DNA of 64,000 bases, taken from NCBI RefSeq assembly GCF_006345805.1, contig NC_042997.1, positions 51,584,001 through 51,648,000 of the forward strand, read 5' to 3'. Made by a program: the position numbers and the translations under genes. Every line of letters begins with the position of its first letter. Positions within the stretch are counted from its first letter, which is position 1. The notes beneath the pieces are model-generated. The model was given only the letters and a program-made list of their open reading frames with translations, was not told the DNA's origin and made no database searches. This DNA is from Octopus sinensis (lineage: Eukaryota). Shown piece after piece: positions 1-59,398 of the stretch.

Positions 1-58
1 CTCATATCAGACGGGTGTGTTCGATTTTTAGTGCTCTCAAATTTAAACCTAACGAAAT

Positions 59-142
59 CTTGGGCTGATGACGGAAATATTGATAGGAGTATGTATTTCT
101 AGCATCTCTATATCCAACTAATCCAGAAACGGCGTTCTCAAG
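59..142 (+). ncRNA. Type I hammerhead ribozyme-like motif (Penelope pLTR type)
   Basis: cttggg(59-64) CTGATGA(65-71) gga..tcc stem II, GAAA(126-129), acggcgt stem III, GUU(134-136), ctcaag(137-142) pairs with 59-64. Confidence 0.6.
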
Positions 143-328
143 TAATCGATGTACGTGTGATCTTTCTTTATTTTTCCCTCTATACCTACGTGAATTATTT
201 TTGAGTATACCTTGTCTGGGAGACTTTTCTTATAGTAGAGGAAATAGCTAAAATTTTTTGGCTGCTATTTCTAAAAGTTCAGTGTGTGGTAAAGTAAATT
301 TTTTTACTGAACCCTAATTATATAATAT

Positions 329-377
<49 letters not shown>

Positions 378-1050
378 TTATATATATATATATACCTTCG
401 TCTCTATTGATCTGGCAACCACTGGAATGAGGATACTGGAATGAGGGCGATAATAAGACCAGGATATGTCAAGTATTGTCACTATATACCATAGAGCAGG
501 TTGTTGTTCTCTGTGCTGCATTGCTTTTTTTTTTTTTTCCATTTCTAATTAATTCGGACTTTGGTTCATCAAACCAGTTTAAAATTACTTTGATTTTGAA
601 TTAATTCACTTGATTTCATTTGCGATATTTAAGCATTTTCCATGTTTATCTCTTCTCTTTAAGGATACTGTCTTGATTAACTAAAATGATTGCACTCCAT
701 TTTGTTAGCACTTAATTAACTCTATATCAATAACTCTATAATAAATAAGTTAGCTTTATTCAATGCTTCTGCAGTGTGATTAAATGGGATGCTAAAAGTA
801 GGGAACTAATAAGAAATTAGATATAGAGACAAAGTTAATGTGTGGAAACTTCAGATCACAGTTTGATTGAACAAAGGAAGTCCCACATTCTGTTTACTAG
901 TTAGCTTAGGAAGGATGAAGTGGTGAGATAATGTTAAATGTGGCAGAAAATGAATAAGAAATATTGCAGGTTAGTCAGTACATGGGAATGGGATCAATTT
1001 TGAGCAGCAACAAGTCAGCCTACCATATTTTCTCGTGTGTGTATGTGTGT

Positions 1051-1400
1051 GGAGGCACAATGGCCCAGTGGTTAGAGCAGTGGACTCGCAGTTGTAAGAT
1101 TGCAGTTTTGATTCCCAGAGTGGGCGTTGTGAGTGTTTATTGAGCAAAAACACCTAAAGCTCCACGAGGCTCCGGCAGGAGGTGGTGGCAAACCCTGCTG
1201 TACTCTTTCACCACAACTTTCTTTCACTCTTCCTTCCTGTTTCTGTTGTACCTGTATTGTCACACCTGTATCTCTCCAAGAACTACGTTAAGGGGTACAG
1301 TCTGTGGAGTGCTCAGCCACTTGCACATTAATTTCACGAGCAGGCTGTTCCGTTGATCGGATCAACTGGAACCCTCGTCATCGTAACCGACGAAGTGCCA
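1051..1400 (+). mobile_element. tRNA-derived SINE, family A
   Basis: A-box tggcccagtgg, degenerate B-box ttttgattccc; reverse-complement relative at 40800-41158. Confidence 0.75.
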
Positions 1401-1430
1401 TGATGATGATGATCATCATCGTTTAACTTT

Positions 1431-2284
1431 TGGGTTTCAGTTTTTAATAACTTCCTTAACTTTACAAATAAATGCATGAAATTTTGATCCAATACAAAGG
1501 ACATAATGGAAATTAATATGCACAAGTCAAATTTTGCAACACAACTACATCATATGCGAAAAATGACATCGCTTAAATAGCAGCCATTTTCAGATTTACA
1601 TGCCCGTGCTCTTTCCAGAGCTTTCACCATAACACCCTCAAGAGTTTCAGACCCCACTTCTCTGATTTCTCTATTGATGTTCTCCTTCAGTTGAACCAAG
1701 GTATCCAGTTTGTTAACATAAACCCACTCTTTCAGGTATCCCCCACAAGAAAAAATCCTGGCTAGTCAAGTCTGGAGACTGTGAAGGCCAGTTGTCATTG
1801 CTGTAGTGGGAGATTATTCTCTTTCCAAAGCACTGCTATAGTAACTGCATTGTTTCCTTTGCAGTATGAGCAGTTGCCCCATCTTGCTGGAACCATGTGT
1901 GAGGTCTGCTTTGAATGGCCTTCATGTTCTCCAGACTTGACTAGCCCAGATTTTTTCTTGTGGGGATACCTGAAAGAGAGGGTTTATGTCAAGAAACCGG
2001 AGACCCTGGTGCATCAATAGAGAAATCAGAGAAGTGGGGGTCTGAAACTCTTGGCGGTGTTATGGTGCAAGTTTTGGAAAGAGCACAGGCATGCGAAAAT
2101 GAAAATGGCTGCCATTTAAGCAATGTCATTTTTCATATGTGATGTAGTGGTGTTGCTAAATTTGACCTGTGCATATTAATTTCCATTATGTCCTTTATAT
2201 GGTATTAAAATTTCATGCATTTATTTGTAAAGTTAAAGAAGTTATTAAAAATTGAAACCCATCAGTGACTTTTGGGACACCCTG
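1431..2284. mobile_element. Tc1/mariner-derived fold-back (inverted duplication of transposase 3' end)
   Basis: Arms ~1431-1790 and ~1916-2261 are reverse complements; they encode WPSCSPDLTSPDFFLWGYLKERVY; right end gacttttgggacaccctg is a Tc1-type TIR. Confidence 0.8.
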
Positions 2285-2310
2285 TTATTAATATATATAT
2301 ATATATATAT

Positions 2311-2545
2311 CAGCATCATCATCATCATCGTTTAACATTCGCTTTCCATGCTGGCATGGGTTGGACAGTTTGACTGAGGTCTGGCAAGCCAGTGGGCTGC
2401 ACCAGGCTCCAATCTGATCTGGCAATGTTTCTACAGCTGGATGCCTTTCCTAACACCAACCACTCTGAGAGTGTAGCGGGTGCTTTTTACATGTCACCAG
2501 CATGGGAGCCAGTCAGGAGGCACTGGTATTGACCAAGGGGGCACT
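2311..2545 (-). mobile_element. Short RTE 3'-UTR-derived retroposon with (GAT)n tail
   Basis: (cat)n gtttaacattcgctttccatgctggcatgggttgg... is the reverse complement of the 3' end of the RTE at 15160-16487. Confidence 0.8.
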
Positions 2546-2582
<37 letters not shown>

Positions 2583-2649
2583 AGCACCCCACCCAGCTCA
2601 AAACAATATCTGTGTATCGCAATTTCTGGTACACAGATATTGTTTTGCG

Positions 2650-3350
2650 CTGAGTTGGGGGTGCTAGATTCCCTTGTTCAAAAATATAAGGACACAGATC
2701 ATGTTGTATAGCCAGCTGGAGACGATGTCTCCTGGGGCTAAATTACATCAACATTTGTCCTAAACCAGGACTGCCATGTTATGTTGGCAAGCAATCTTTA
2801 CTCCAAAGTACTGTTGCTGAATATCTCTCGTTGTGAGATTTAAAAATAGTAATTTTCTCGTTAATTTGCAACGAAGCTTCCTTTTTTTTATCGGATTCCA
2901 AGTCTCTCAACCATATGTGACAGTTGGTAGTATGCATTTATTTTATATTCATATTTTCAGACTCAGTGATAGTAGACTGGAAGATGAAGCTAGTTTGGCC
3001 AAAAAACTGCCACCCTAATCTAATTTTATACTTGATCTTTTCATTCAGTGGTGTTTCTGAGATGTGTTGACTGTAGTGGTTGACACTAGGTGATTATGAT
3101 TTCAACAATGCATAAATTGCAATTCAATGTTGTACTATTAGTGATGCTTAAAATGTAATAATTCATCAGAAAGTCAGCTAAGCCAGCAATGTCTTCATGC
3201 ATAAATTTCATGTTTATACATGTAGATGTATTGTTTTGTGTGTATACAATTAGAGCATTCATTAAAATGTCTTCAAACAACTCGAGGTTTGTGTATTTGT
3301 TTGTTTTGAAATTTATTTGTTTTGCTAATGTGAGGAAAATGTCCAACTGA
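2650..3350 (-). mobile_element. Degenerate RTE-clade LINE RT C-terminal remnant
   Basis: Minus-strand peptide KIRLGWQFFGQTSFIF...KCILPTVTYG*ETW, with stops. Confidence 0.55.
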
Positions 3351-3559
3351 TTGTTGACATCTTGTAAGGGTGTATTGAATTTATTGGCATATTACAGGAA
3401 GCATTCGACCTTAATAGCCCACCTGTTGTAGTTTAATGTACATTTGAAAAACGTACTAGCATCTGTTTCCAACATATGAATTATTATTTCAAAATGTGTT
3501 AAATTTGAAATGTTGGAGTGGTGGAGGGATGGAAAGAAGGAAAACAGATTGTTAGTGCT

Positions 3560-3679
3560 GACCTAAAAACCACTTCGTAGTTCATATTCCATCATCAGAA
3601 CAGTGTTGAGTCTATAGCAGAGGCTCTTAAAACTTGATTGCTCAGTATTTGGAGGAGAGCTCAGTTCATCATTGTAAGT
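3560..3679 (+). promoter_or_regulatory. Candidate non-coding first exon/donor of Hex gene
   Basis: Exon 1 is preceded by an acceptor, so an upstream exon must exist. ATT|GTAAGT donor at 3674 lies next to a locally CpG-rich patch (3720-3770) in non-repeat sequence. Confidence 0.25.
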
Positions 3680-4476
3680 AGTGAAAGAACATGTATTTCA
3701 TACTTAGATGATTGTGTGTGTACGTGCACGTGAGTGCGTGCGTGCGTGGGTGTTGTCAATACGTACAAGTTTAAAAAACCACTAAATGTTATATTTTGAG
3801 TATTTGAAACTCTGGACAAATTATTTGTACAGAAGTACTTTGTTTACTTTAAGATGAATATAATTTATTTTTGAATTTTACATTACATCTTACCTATAAT
3901 ATATTTAATTTACAGCTAAGAAGTTGTGTGAACTTTTACCTTTAATCTGTACATGGTGATTTATAGTAGTTGATTTAAAGTGATGTATAAAGCTTATGAT
4001 CGAAATTAATTTAGTAAAGTGTCTTAGAAGTTAAAATTAATCAGAAGAATATGGTCTCTTGATATCATGATGATCATAATTTAATTAGCACTGGCAAGGA
4101 AACTTACTTTAAAATACTGATTTCTAATAAAGTAAATTTTATAATGATTATTTTGTTTGATGAATTTGAAATTTCCTTTCGTGATAAAAATTGATTGTAT
4201 GAAGTTTATTTTAAATATTTTTCTGAAAATTCTTTCTTTACATGTATTTAATTTTTTTCTTTTTAAATGCAGTCCTTTTCTATTGTCATCCTTGTATCTT
4301 TATTGTTTAGTTTTATAGATACATTTTCTCATATTTTACAAATATAATCTTTATCTATTTTCTCCTTTGTGAATTATAGTCAACATGATAACAAATTAGA
4401 AAGTATTTCCCTTGTTATTGTTTATTTAGTTATTGTAAAACAATAGTTTATTGAATAACTGTTGTACATATCTTCA

Positions 4477-5110
4477 CCATCATCATCGTCATTATCATTT
4501 TCACATCTATTTTTCCACACTTGCATATGATGGGTAGTTTCTCTTCAGTATTGTGTTTCACCACTTGTTACTATCCTCTGACATCTCCTTTGTCATATTC
4601 AGTATCCCAACATCAGATTTCATCTCTTCTGCCCATGTTTTTCTTGGTCTTCCTTCCACTAGGATCTCTCAACACTTATCCAACTGTTATAATCCACACA
4701 CATTATGTAACTATACTACTGTGGTCATACTTCTTGCTTACTACATCTCATTCCTCTTATACACAGTTTTTCCTCTCAGTACCATATTACTTAGGTGCAC
4801 TAACATCACATATCAAACATCCTGTGAAGCAAGCTTACTTCATGTCTCTCCTGCATTTGTACATCCACCGCATTCAATGCCCACATCTCACAACATGCAA
4901 TGTTGCACTTCATAAACAAGCATAATACAATCATCATTCATTCAAATACTCAAATAGACAGAATCCCTTTGTCACCAGTAGAGCTACTAGCTCCCTGAAC
5001 TTTCACCACTCTTTTTTTTATTATGTTTACTATGCTTCCATATCACTGCTGATTACATTGCCCAGGTTACAGAAGCTATCAAGTGCATCTATAAAGCACT
5101 GCTAATTATT
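4477..5110 (-). mobile_element. Old RTE LINE 3' fragment
   Basis: (cat)n tail, ttccacacttgcatatgatggg terminus, decayed GRPRKTW/WYGHV/LHGSETW-like segments on minus strand. Confidence 0.55.
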
Positions 5111-5149
5111 CCTGTATTCTCTCTCTCTCTCTCTCTCTCTCTCCTGTAT

Positions 5150-5180
<31 letters not shown>

Positions 5181-6306
5181 CCTCCCTCCCTCCCTCCTTT
5201 CTCCACCCCTACACACTTTTTCCATTGTTTCATGTTTGTTATTAGAATTCTATTGTTTGTTTCAATTGCTGTGGAAGATCATAAGATTGGTGGGTCACTG
5301 TGTTAGCAATGATTGCTTTCCTTTGAATGAAAGTTGCTTAGATGTTAATTGTAGATCTTATGAACACCCACCCTCACTTATAATGTTTTTGCAAGGAATC
5401 TTGTTAACTGAACTGCAGTTTCCTAAAGACAACTATTATAGTGGAACGATAACTTGTTAAATCATATCCTCATTAAGTTGACATGTTCTCATTTCTATGT
5501 CATGCTCAAAAGCAATATGCCATCATAGAACTGCATGAGAAACAATGCATGGCCAAACATGCCAGAGCTGATGATCATACTCTCCAGATTTTTCTGCTAA
5601 TTAAATAGTAAAATATATTTTGTTATATTTTGGGATGGTTTTTGTTTTTTTGTTTTGTTTTGTTTTGTTTTTGCTTTGTAAATACAGCAGTGAGAAAAAT
5701 TATGCTAATAGAAAACTGAATAAGCAAAGAAGTCAAAAAGCCAATTGTTGAAACCAGTTCCATTTCTTCTGCCTTTTCAGGAAACCAGCAGGTTGTACCA
5801 TCTGTTGATCAACCTGAAATCATTATTACTACTTACTTTGCTCCAGAGATTAATAAAACTGTATATCATTTCTCAAACATAAATGTTTTTCTTATTTGAA
5901 AATTAGGGTCAATCATCAGGCTAACAGATACATATTTTAATTTATGGTAGTGAAATTTAGAGGTCTTGCACCAAAGTTTAGCGTTTAACAAAGACCTTCA
6001 ATGTGTGTGTATGTGTCTAAATAAACACACACACACACACAAATTGAGTATTTATTAACCAATATTTTTTATTTTGATTTCTGTTGTTAGAATGATGTCA
6101 AATGCCCAAGTGATTTTTTTCTTTAAGCTAAGTAGCTTCAGGCAACCTTAAACACTAACACGGTCCTTCCTTCACTGTTAACTTAGTAAAATTAATATAT
6201 CTCTCCTTTCTTTACTTTACCAAAGCTGTTAGAAAATGCAAATGCCTCAAATATCAGGTGATTCAACAGCTATAAAATTCATAAAACTTGAATATCTGTA
6301 TTCCAA

Positions 6307-6344
<38 letters not shown>

Positions 6345-7836
6345 CCTCTACATTTGTGTGTGTGTGTACTGTTGTTCAAAATTTACCAGTACTCCATAAG
6401 AATTCCAGTTAAACAGTTGAAGATCTTTTTGAAAGCATGGACAAGTCATAGTTCTTAATTTGCAATACTTGTAGGCTAAGCTTATTCTGTTTGTTTTCTT
6501 CAACCACCCATATTATTGACTGCTGTAGAAGTATTTATACCATCCAACCTCCTACAGTCTTCTCTCCACTTGGAATAAGATCCATATCCTCTACTTTCGT
6601 CTATTATTCGTAGCACCTGGACTCCCATACAATGATGGGTGTAGTTTACTGTTTCAAGGATGAGAGGACTTACTATTTTTTTTTTTTGTCACTGTCTTTC
6701 CATGTGAGGATAGCTCTCATATGGAAAACTACTGACATTTTTTTTTTATGTCTTCCATCTCCAAATTGGTTGTGTAAAATTTTCATGGTTGTCAGTGGTA
6801 GTATATAAAATATTTGCTGTTTTAAAACTTTTCTAGAATCAATGAGTTTGTAATGTTATGAATTAACTTATTATTTCACACTTTGTGCTTTATTTATCAT
6901 TTGTTAAAAGCATTTTCTTGATGTGGCATTCAAAGGTACATGCTTCATTTACTGATGTCTTAATATATTTTTTGCATCTTCAATTCAATTTTGAAAGGAA
7001 GGATCCTTACAAGATCCTCACAATTAAGCTGGATGTAAATTTTCTATGATGTAAAAGAGATACCTGAAATTAAATATATGACATCTAAATTAGAATTGAT
7101 TGGAAATAAAAGATAGGTACTGAAAATAATTACTTGGTAATTATTTTACTTTTATATAGTTTTCTGTTTCTGAGCACTCAGTATAGTAGTCAGTTTGTAA
7201 CAAGCATTTTCAGTTAATGTTTCAAAGCTTGTATCATAGATTTTTAGAAAATATATTACCTAACAAATAGTTTTCCTTAAAATGCAGCATATGGAAAACA
7301 TCTATATTTTCTGAAAATAACAGAATATCTAATAATATAAAAAGTTTTAAAAATTTTAAACTGAAACAATGTGTCAACCAAATTTAAAATTCCTCTGAAA
7401 ATGGAAATGTTTTAGACATTTGATATTAGTAGTATTTCCTTAAACATAAGTCTATTATATCTTCATATTACAGTTGCTAAGGCATAGTTGGCAAAGTAAT
7501 ATCAAATTGTTTGGTTGGTTTTTTTTTTTAGATCTGGTTATAGTAGTAGGTCAAATTAGATACTGAAGCCTCCAAGTTTACAGTGAGATTTAATATTTTA
7601 CATGTTTTAACTTGCATGTGAGTAAAATTCATAAAACACTAATTTATGTGAGATTTTTGACATATGAACAGGAATTTCATTCTTTCAGCATGAAGTTAAA
7701 TACAAAAAAATCCACTTTTTATTTTGGATTATTTAAAGATAAAGTATTATATTTACATTGACTTATGTACTAATTTATATAAAATTACCTAATATATAAT
7801 TTCATTATTTTTGTAGAATTCTGACATGGTTGCGGA

Positions 7837-53299
<45,463 letters not shown>

Positions 53300-54391
53300 A
53301 TTCACCTCCCTCCCAACTATCCCTTCAATGCAAAAACATCTACCATGATAATTCCAAACTTTACTATTTCCGGTTTTACATGGAATAATTTTTTGGAATG
53401 TGTTATAAACATTCATTTTTTTTTTCTTTTCTTAGGCCTCATTGATGAAGTTTTTCATCTGTGGATTGTATTTTCCCGTTACAGGGAAAAACGGATATAA
53501 TTCAATGTCTTCATTTATTTAGGCTTTGATGAGATATTTGAGGAGGACATAAAAGAAAAAATAAAGAAAAGAAAAGAACTTTCATGGAAAAAAAAATTAC
53601 AAAAACAATGTTTCCTAATATGGAAACATACTAGAAATGAAAGTAAAGAAATAATTTATTCTTTCATTTTTTTTTTTTTAACTTGAGAACTCTAGAAAAA
53701 ATTATTGAAGGTTATATTCATTTTTTAAAAATTAACAACCCCACATTGTAAAGCTTGAATGTTTGATGCATGGAGATAATCTTCAGTTCAGTTATTCATA
53801 AATATCTAGAATAAGAAAAAAAATCTGTCACTGTCTATTTCCATACTACAACGTACAATTCTTCGATACTATTTTTTTCATTTTGTTTTTATTCTTATAA
53901 GTTAACAGATTTTGTCTTGTTATAAACATAAAAGCTAATAAATGCAAGATATTTTTTTAATTCTTAAATCAACAATTAATTTTAAAGTCATTATTGCCTT
54001 TTCAATATTGTTTAGAATCTGTCATCATAGAAAAGACAAAAGTTCATTTCAAAGGTATCTCCTTTCCCTGACTACCTTTTAAATACTTAAATACTTCTTT
54101 CAAAAATCTGTTGAAAATTGATAACTTTTGTGATATTGTCCCATTTATCTTGGACTTCATAAAAGTTTAGTTTTGTAAACTACATGACTTACATTGACAA
54201 CTTGCCAATGCTGTTGCCACCTGTGCAATAGACGCTTGCAGTTTCACTTTCAAGTTAGTAGCTTGCTTCCCCTGTCTTCAAAGAACACTTAGTTGACTTT
54301 TATTTTGTATTAGGTAAAAAAAAATGTCCACTGTGTAGTTTAAACACTGTCAATAGTCCATTGTAACAATAATACTTGCCCCTCTTTCTTC

Positions 54392-54475
<84 letters not shown>

Positions 54476-56206
54476 TAAGTAGGAAAAAAATTTACAATGC
54501 TGAAACTGTATGTAAGCAAAATTAGTTAAATAAACTTTTAAAGTTATATGTAAAATCTTTATGTTCAATATTTGAAATATAAAAAAGCTAATGCTTGCTT
54601 CCTTTTATTTTGACATCTTATATTGCTTGAATGATTTATTTTTTACAAAAAAATGTTATTCTCCTAAATAATACAAATATTTATAGAATATAGCAGTTTG
54701 CAGCCAAGTAAACTGCTACAATTATATGAACAAAAAGCTGGTGTGACTTTGAATTATTTCAAAATTTCTCTTTTTAATAGTAATTTTCTGTTAATATTAA
54801 GATCTAAAGCTAAATATCATTTGGGTTTTGTATGTGCCAACTATTATTGTCTTGTAGTAAATTGGTTACAAATATTTTCATTTATATGTTTATTCATTAA
54901 ATTATATTTCAAACTTATAGGTGCCAAATGAATTAAAGACACTTAGAATTTTTTTTAACAATATTTCAAACTTTATTTTCTAATCATTTTCTCATTTCAC
55001 CAGTCAACAAATGAAAATCTTGAAAAACAGTTGTTCATTATCAGAATTTATACTGTACAGATAGTGTTAAATTATAAATATCTTATTTTATTAGAACTTT
55101 AGTATAATGCATAATTAAATTGCTTCTTTTTTTTTGTTTAATATAATTCACTTCAAAACACACTTCTTTTTGACAGGAATAGATTGCATGGAGCAAAATA
55201 CTGCTCACATTTAAATATCAATGATCTCTATGACCAGCCCAATGCATATATGTTGAAATTTTAAATAATAAAAATATTTTTTAGAATTACTGAGAAAATT
55301 TCGTTATACTGGAAATTGAAACTTGTAATAATGTGAAATAGACAAAGCAAGAAAGAAAAACTGTCTTAGAACATAATCTTCTGCATACAGGCTTCATCTA
55401 TATGCAACCTAGATACCTCACATCAAACCAGTACTGTATTCTCCAACAGCAACAAGTCAATTGTGTCTCCTTTAACAGCACAAATATTCAGTCACTACAC
55501 ATTTCAAGGAAACAGTTTTGTGCACCACACCCCTTTAGTCTTGGCCAACACCAAATCTTCACAACCACCTTTGATGCTCTCTCTCTTGGTGATTTCACAT
55601 TTATAACAAGTAAAAATCTATGTACCAAAGACTATCCTTTTTCAAGGCTAGAAAATACTTCATCTCCAAATGATCGCTGACTCTCTACAAAGTACAAGTG
55701 AAACCCACAGTGGAATATTACTTCTACATTTAAGACAGTACTATTGCTTTATGTAAAAACTTCTGAACTACAACCTAAAAGAAGTTGACTGATTGGCAAG
55801 GAATCACTCACCAATATACTTGAGCCTCAAGTCCACAGATTTATGTCTCCTCACTCTACTATCAAGACTCCAGCCAAGCCCTCAAGACACTTCCATCACT
55901 CCTCTTTTCATCACCCATATTATGTTTCCCTATCCAGACTCCATATTAAATCTAAATAAACATTATACCCAATTCTTCCAGCTCTGAAGATCAATCCTCT
56001 CAAATTCCTTTCTTTACCATATTTTTCCTGTCTTCAATGCCTGATACCCATTCAAGCAGAATACCTCCCCCTAGTCCAGAGGATGTACAAAGGTCATATA
56101 CACAGTTCATTAGTCTTGATTAAATCATTTAAGAAAAAATGTGTTTTGATATCTTTGCATGTTTGAAGATATGATTTATATGTGTGTTTGCACATGTACA
56201 CACACA

Positions 56207-56247
<41 letters not shown>

Positions 56248-56620
56248 ATACATATAACTATTTAATGTCCACTTTTCCACGCTTACATGAGTCAGACAAA
56301 ATTTGTTGAAGCAGATTTTCTACAGTCGGATGCCCTTCCTGTATGTGTGTATGTGGAAGAGGTAGACCAAGGAAGACCTGGGACAAAGTTGATATTGAAC
56401 CTCTCAGAGGAGATGATGGTGGACTGAGGTGAATGGTGTTATGCTGTGCTTGAGATCTGACTATCTCAATAGAATTGAGTTCTGTCAAGTCTTCCTCCAC
56501 AACTCATCTATTTTCTTCACTTCATATTACATTGAACTTCTGCATCCTACTCTTTCCTTATCTCTAATCATCTGTCACACTATTTTCACTCTGCATTTCT
56601 TATTCTGCCCCATATTCATG

Positions 56621-56659
<39 letters not shown>

Positions 56660-56769
56660 GGTAGGCAAGCCATGTATTCACCTCTTCAGCAAACACCTGC
56701 TCTTCTCTCTCTATCATAGTTTCTTTCCCTAGTCTGTATTCCACTCAGTCTTGCTAGTTACTTGGTAAC

Positions 56770-57085
56770 CTCACTAGTGCTGGTGCCACATAAAAAGCAG
56801 CCAATACTCTCAGTTAAATGGTTGTCATTAGGAAGGGCACCCAGATATAGAAACCATGCCAAAGCAGACATAGAACCTGGCAGAACTCTCTAGCTCATCT
56901 GTTCTTGTCAAACTGTCCAACTCCTGTCAGCATGGGAAAAGGGACATTAAATGATGATGATGATGATGATCTCTTCTCAATTTCTATGTACCATTTCCAT
57001 TCACAAATGCATTGTTTAGCATGAGTTATAGTAGAAGATACTTGCCCAAGGTGTCGCTCAATGGGACCAATCCAAACCTAAAACC
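56770..57085. mobile_element. RTE 3'-end retroposon (+) abutting SINE B head fragment (-)
   Basis: ttaggaagggcacccag...acattaaat(gat)n, then cttgcccaaggtgtcgctcaatgggacc. Confidence 0.6.
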
Positions 57086-57923
57086 ATGTTGTGAAAGGAG
57101 AACAGATGAGAAATAGCAAAAATGATGAATAATGCTGGAATGAGAATGATGTATACCAATACCTATATACATACATATATGCACACATGCATATGACCAA
57201 AATGACGGATAGCAGACATGAAATAAGGCGAATCTAAGTGTGAGAGAGTAGGGAGAAAATAGAAATAGCTAGGTTAAGAGGATGATAGAAGAGAGAGAGA
57301 GAGAAAGGGAGTATTGGGGAGGAAACAGTGATTGTGGGAGTATTTGAAGAGGGAGTCAGTGATAGGCAGTTATATGTTGGTTGTTGGTAAAGAAATTGAC
57401 TAAAAATAGCATGGTTAATGTGATGAGAGAAGACAGAGTGATAGGAGTGAGATAGGATAATAGACGTGCAAGAGAGAATTATGTCTGTCAACAATGAGTG
57501 ATAGAGGAGGACGAATATAAGAGAGGATGACAAGAAAGAAAGTGAAGGATATCAATAAAGATGAGTGCTGGAAAGAGAGAGAGGGGAATTAATACCAATT
57601 AAGAATGATTGGCTAACAAAGGAGAAAGTAATGTAAGAGAAGATGATGGCCAGCAATAAACAAAGATGATGATAAGAGTACTGGATGTGGACAAATTCAA
57701 TGCCATCCTTCATTAGACAGCTAGTGTGATGATAGAGTGATATAATGATGGTGAGGAGGAATTGACACATGCAGATATAATGCTGTTCCTCATAAAACTT
57801 TGGTGAGAAACTGGATGTGAGATATTGTGTTGTTGATGATTTCTTTTGGATTTTGGCAGCATAATTAGAATGAGAAAGCTTCAAATGATTAAAACTGTAT
57901 CACAATATCAAAATTTCTGAAAG

Positions 57924-59135
57924 AGGAGTGGCTGTGTGGTAAGTAGCTTGCTTACCAACCACATGGTTCCGGGTTCAGTCCCACTGCGTGGCACCTTGGG
58001 CAAGTGTCTTCTATTGTAGCCTTGGGCTGACCAAAGCCTTGTGAGTGGATTTGGTAGACGGAAACTGAAAGAAGTCCGTCGTATATATGTGTATACAAAT
58101 CAAAATAGATGAACATTAATGGAATTGTATCTTTGTGGTACCAGTGCCGGTGGCACACAAGAAAACCATCCGAACGTGGCCGTAGCCAGTACCGCACCGA
58201 CTGGCCTCCGTGCTGTGGGCACGTAACAAACACCATCCGATCGTGGCCGTTCGCCAGCCTCATCTGGCACCTGTGTCGGTGGCACATAAAAACACCATCC
58301 GAAGACCCGGCAAGACTAGTCAGGCCATAACCTGTGGCCCCTACCTGGGACGTAGTCAGTCCACCTGTGCATACCTTCCTTCTTGTGACACTTGTGAAGA
58401 CCTGTTGAGGCAAGTGAAAATCAAAACAAATCAAAATAGATGAACATCAATGGAATTTGTATCTTTGTGGTACCAGTGCCGGTGGCACGTGGCACACAAG
58501 AAAACCATCCGAACGTGGCCGTAGCCAGTACCGCATCGACTGGCCTCCGTGCTGTGGGCACGTAACAAACACCATCCGATCGTGGCCGTTTGCCAGCCTC
58601 ATCTGGCACCTGTGTCGGTGGCACATAAAAACACCATCTGAGCGTGGCCGTCTGCCAGCCTCGTCTGGCACCTGTGTCGGTGGCACTAAAAAAACACCAT
58701 CCGAGCGTGGCCGTTTGCCAGCCTCGTCTGGCACCTGTGTCGGTGGCACATAAAATCACCCACTACACTCTCGGAGTGGTTGGCGTTAGGAAGGGCATCC
58801 AGCTGTAGAAACACTGCCAGATCTGACTGGACTGGTGCAGCTTTCAGGCTCCCCAGACCCCAGTTGAACCGTCCAACCCATGCTAGCATGGAAAGCGGAC
58901 GTTAAATGATGATGATGATGATGATATGCGTGTGTGTGTGTGTTTGTCCCCCTAGCATTGCTTGACAACCGATGCTGGTGTGTTTATGTCCCCGTTACTT
59001 AGTGGTTCGGCAAAAGAGACCGATAGAATAAGTACTGGGCTTACAAAAGAATAAGTCCCGGGGTCGATTTGCTCGATTAAAGGTGGTGCTCCAGCATGGC
59101 CGCAGTCAAAATGACTAAAACAAGTAAAAGAGCAA
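57924..59135 (+). mobile_element. SINE family B split by a nested RTE 3'-UTR retroposon (58097-58925)
   Basis: Head 57924-58090 (gggttcagtccc, ccttgggcaagtg CORE-like); tail 58929-59135 matches the intact copy at 37092-37460. Confidence 0.85.
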
Positions 59136-59398
59136 AAGATTATCTCTTGCATTATGGTGTCTGCCACCTTTATATATGTGTGTGTATGTTTTATAATTCC
59201 TTGAGTTCTTTCTGTAATGAGGGGGTTGGTTTCAAACAAAATGACAAACCTCAGTCATAGGAATTTAAACATGCTAAACTTTAGAAAATGCTTGCATATC
59301 ATTGAAAGAGGTTGTTGAATGAAGAGAATGCTTGGGCATGAAACTAGCCCAAGTAGACTCATCAGTGGGATCAGCTATACAGTCAAATTAGCCATTAA

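Noticed and set aside
3086-3346. 86-aa minus-strand ORF as a divergent host gene
   Set aside because: Non-ATG start, in-frame stop just upstream, and contiguous with RTE RT-like remnant (IRLGW...CILPTVTYG)
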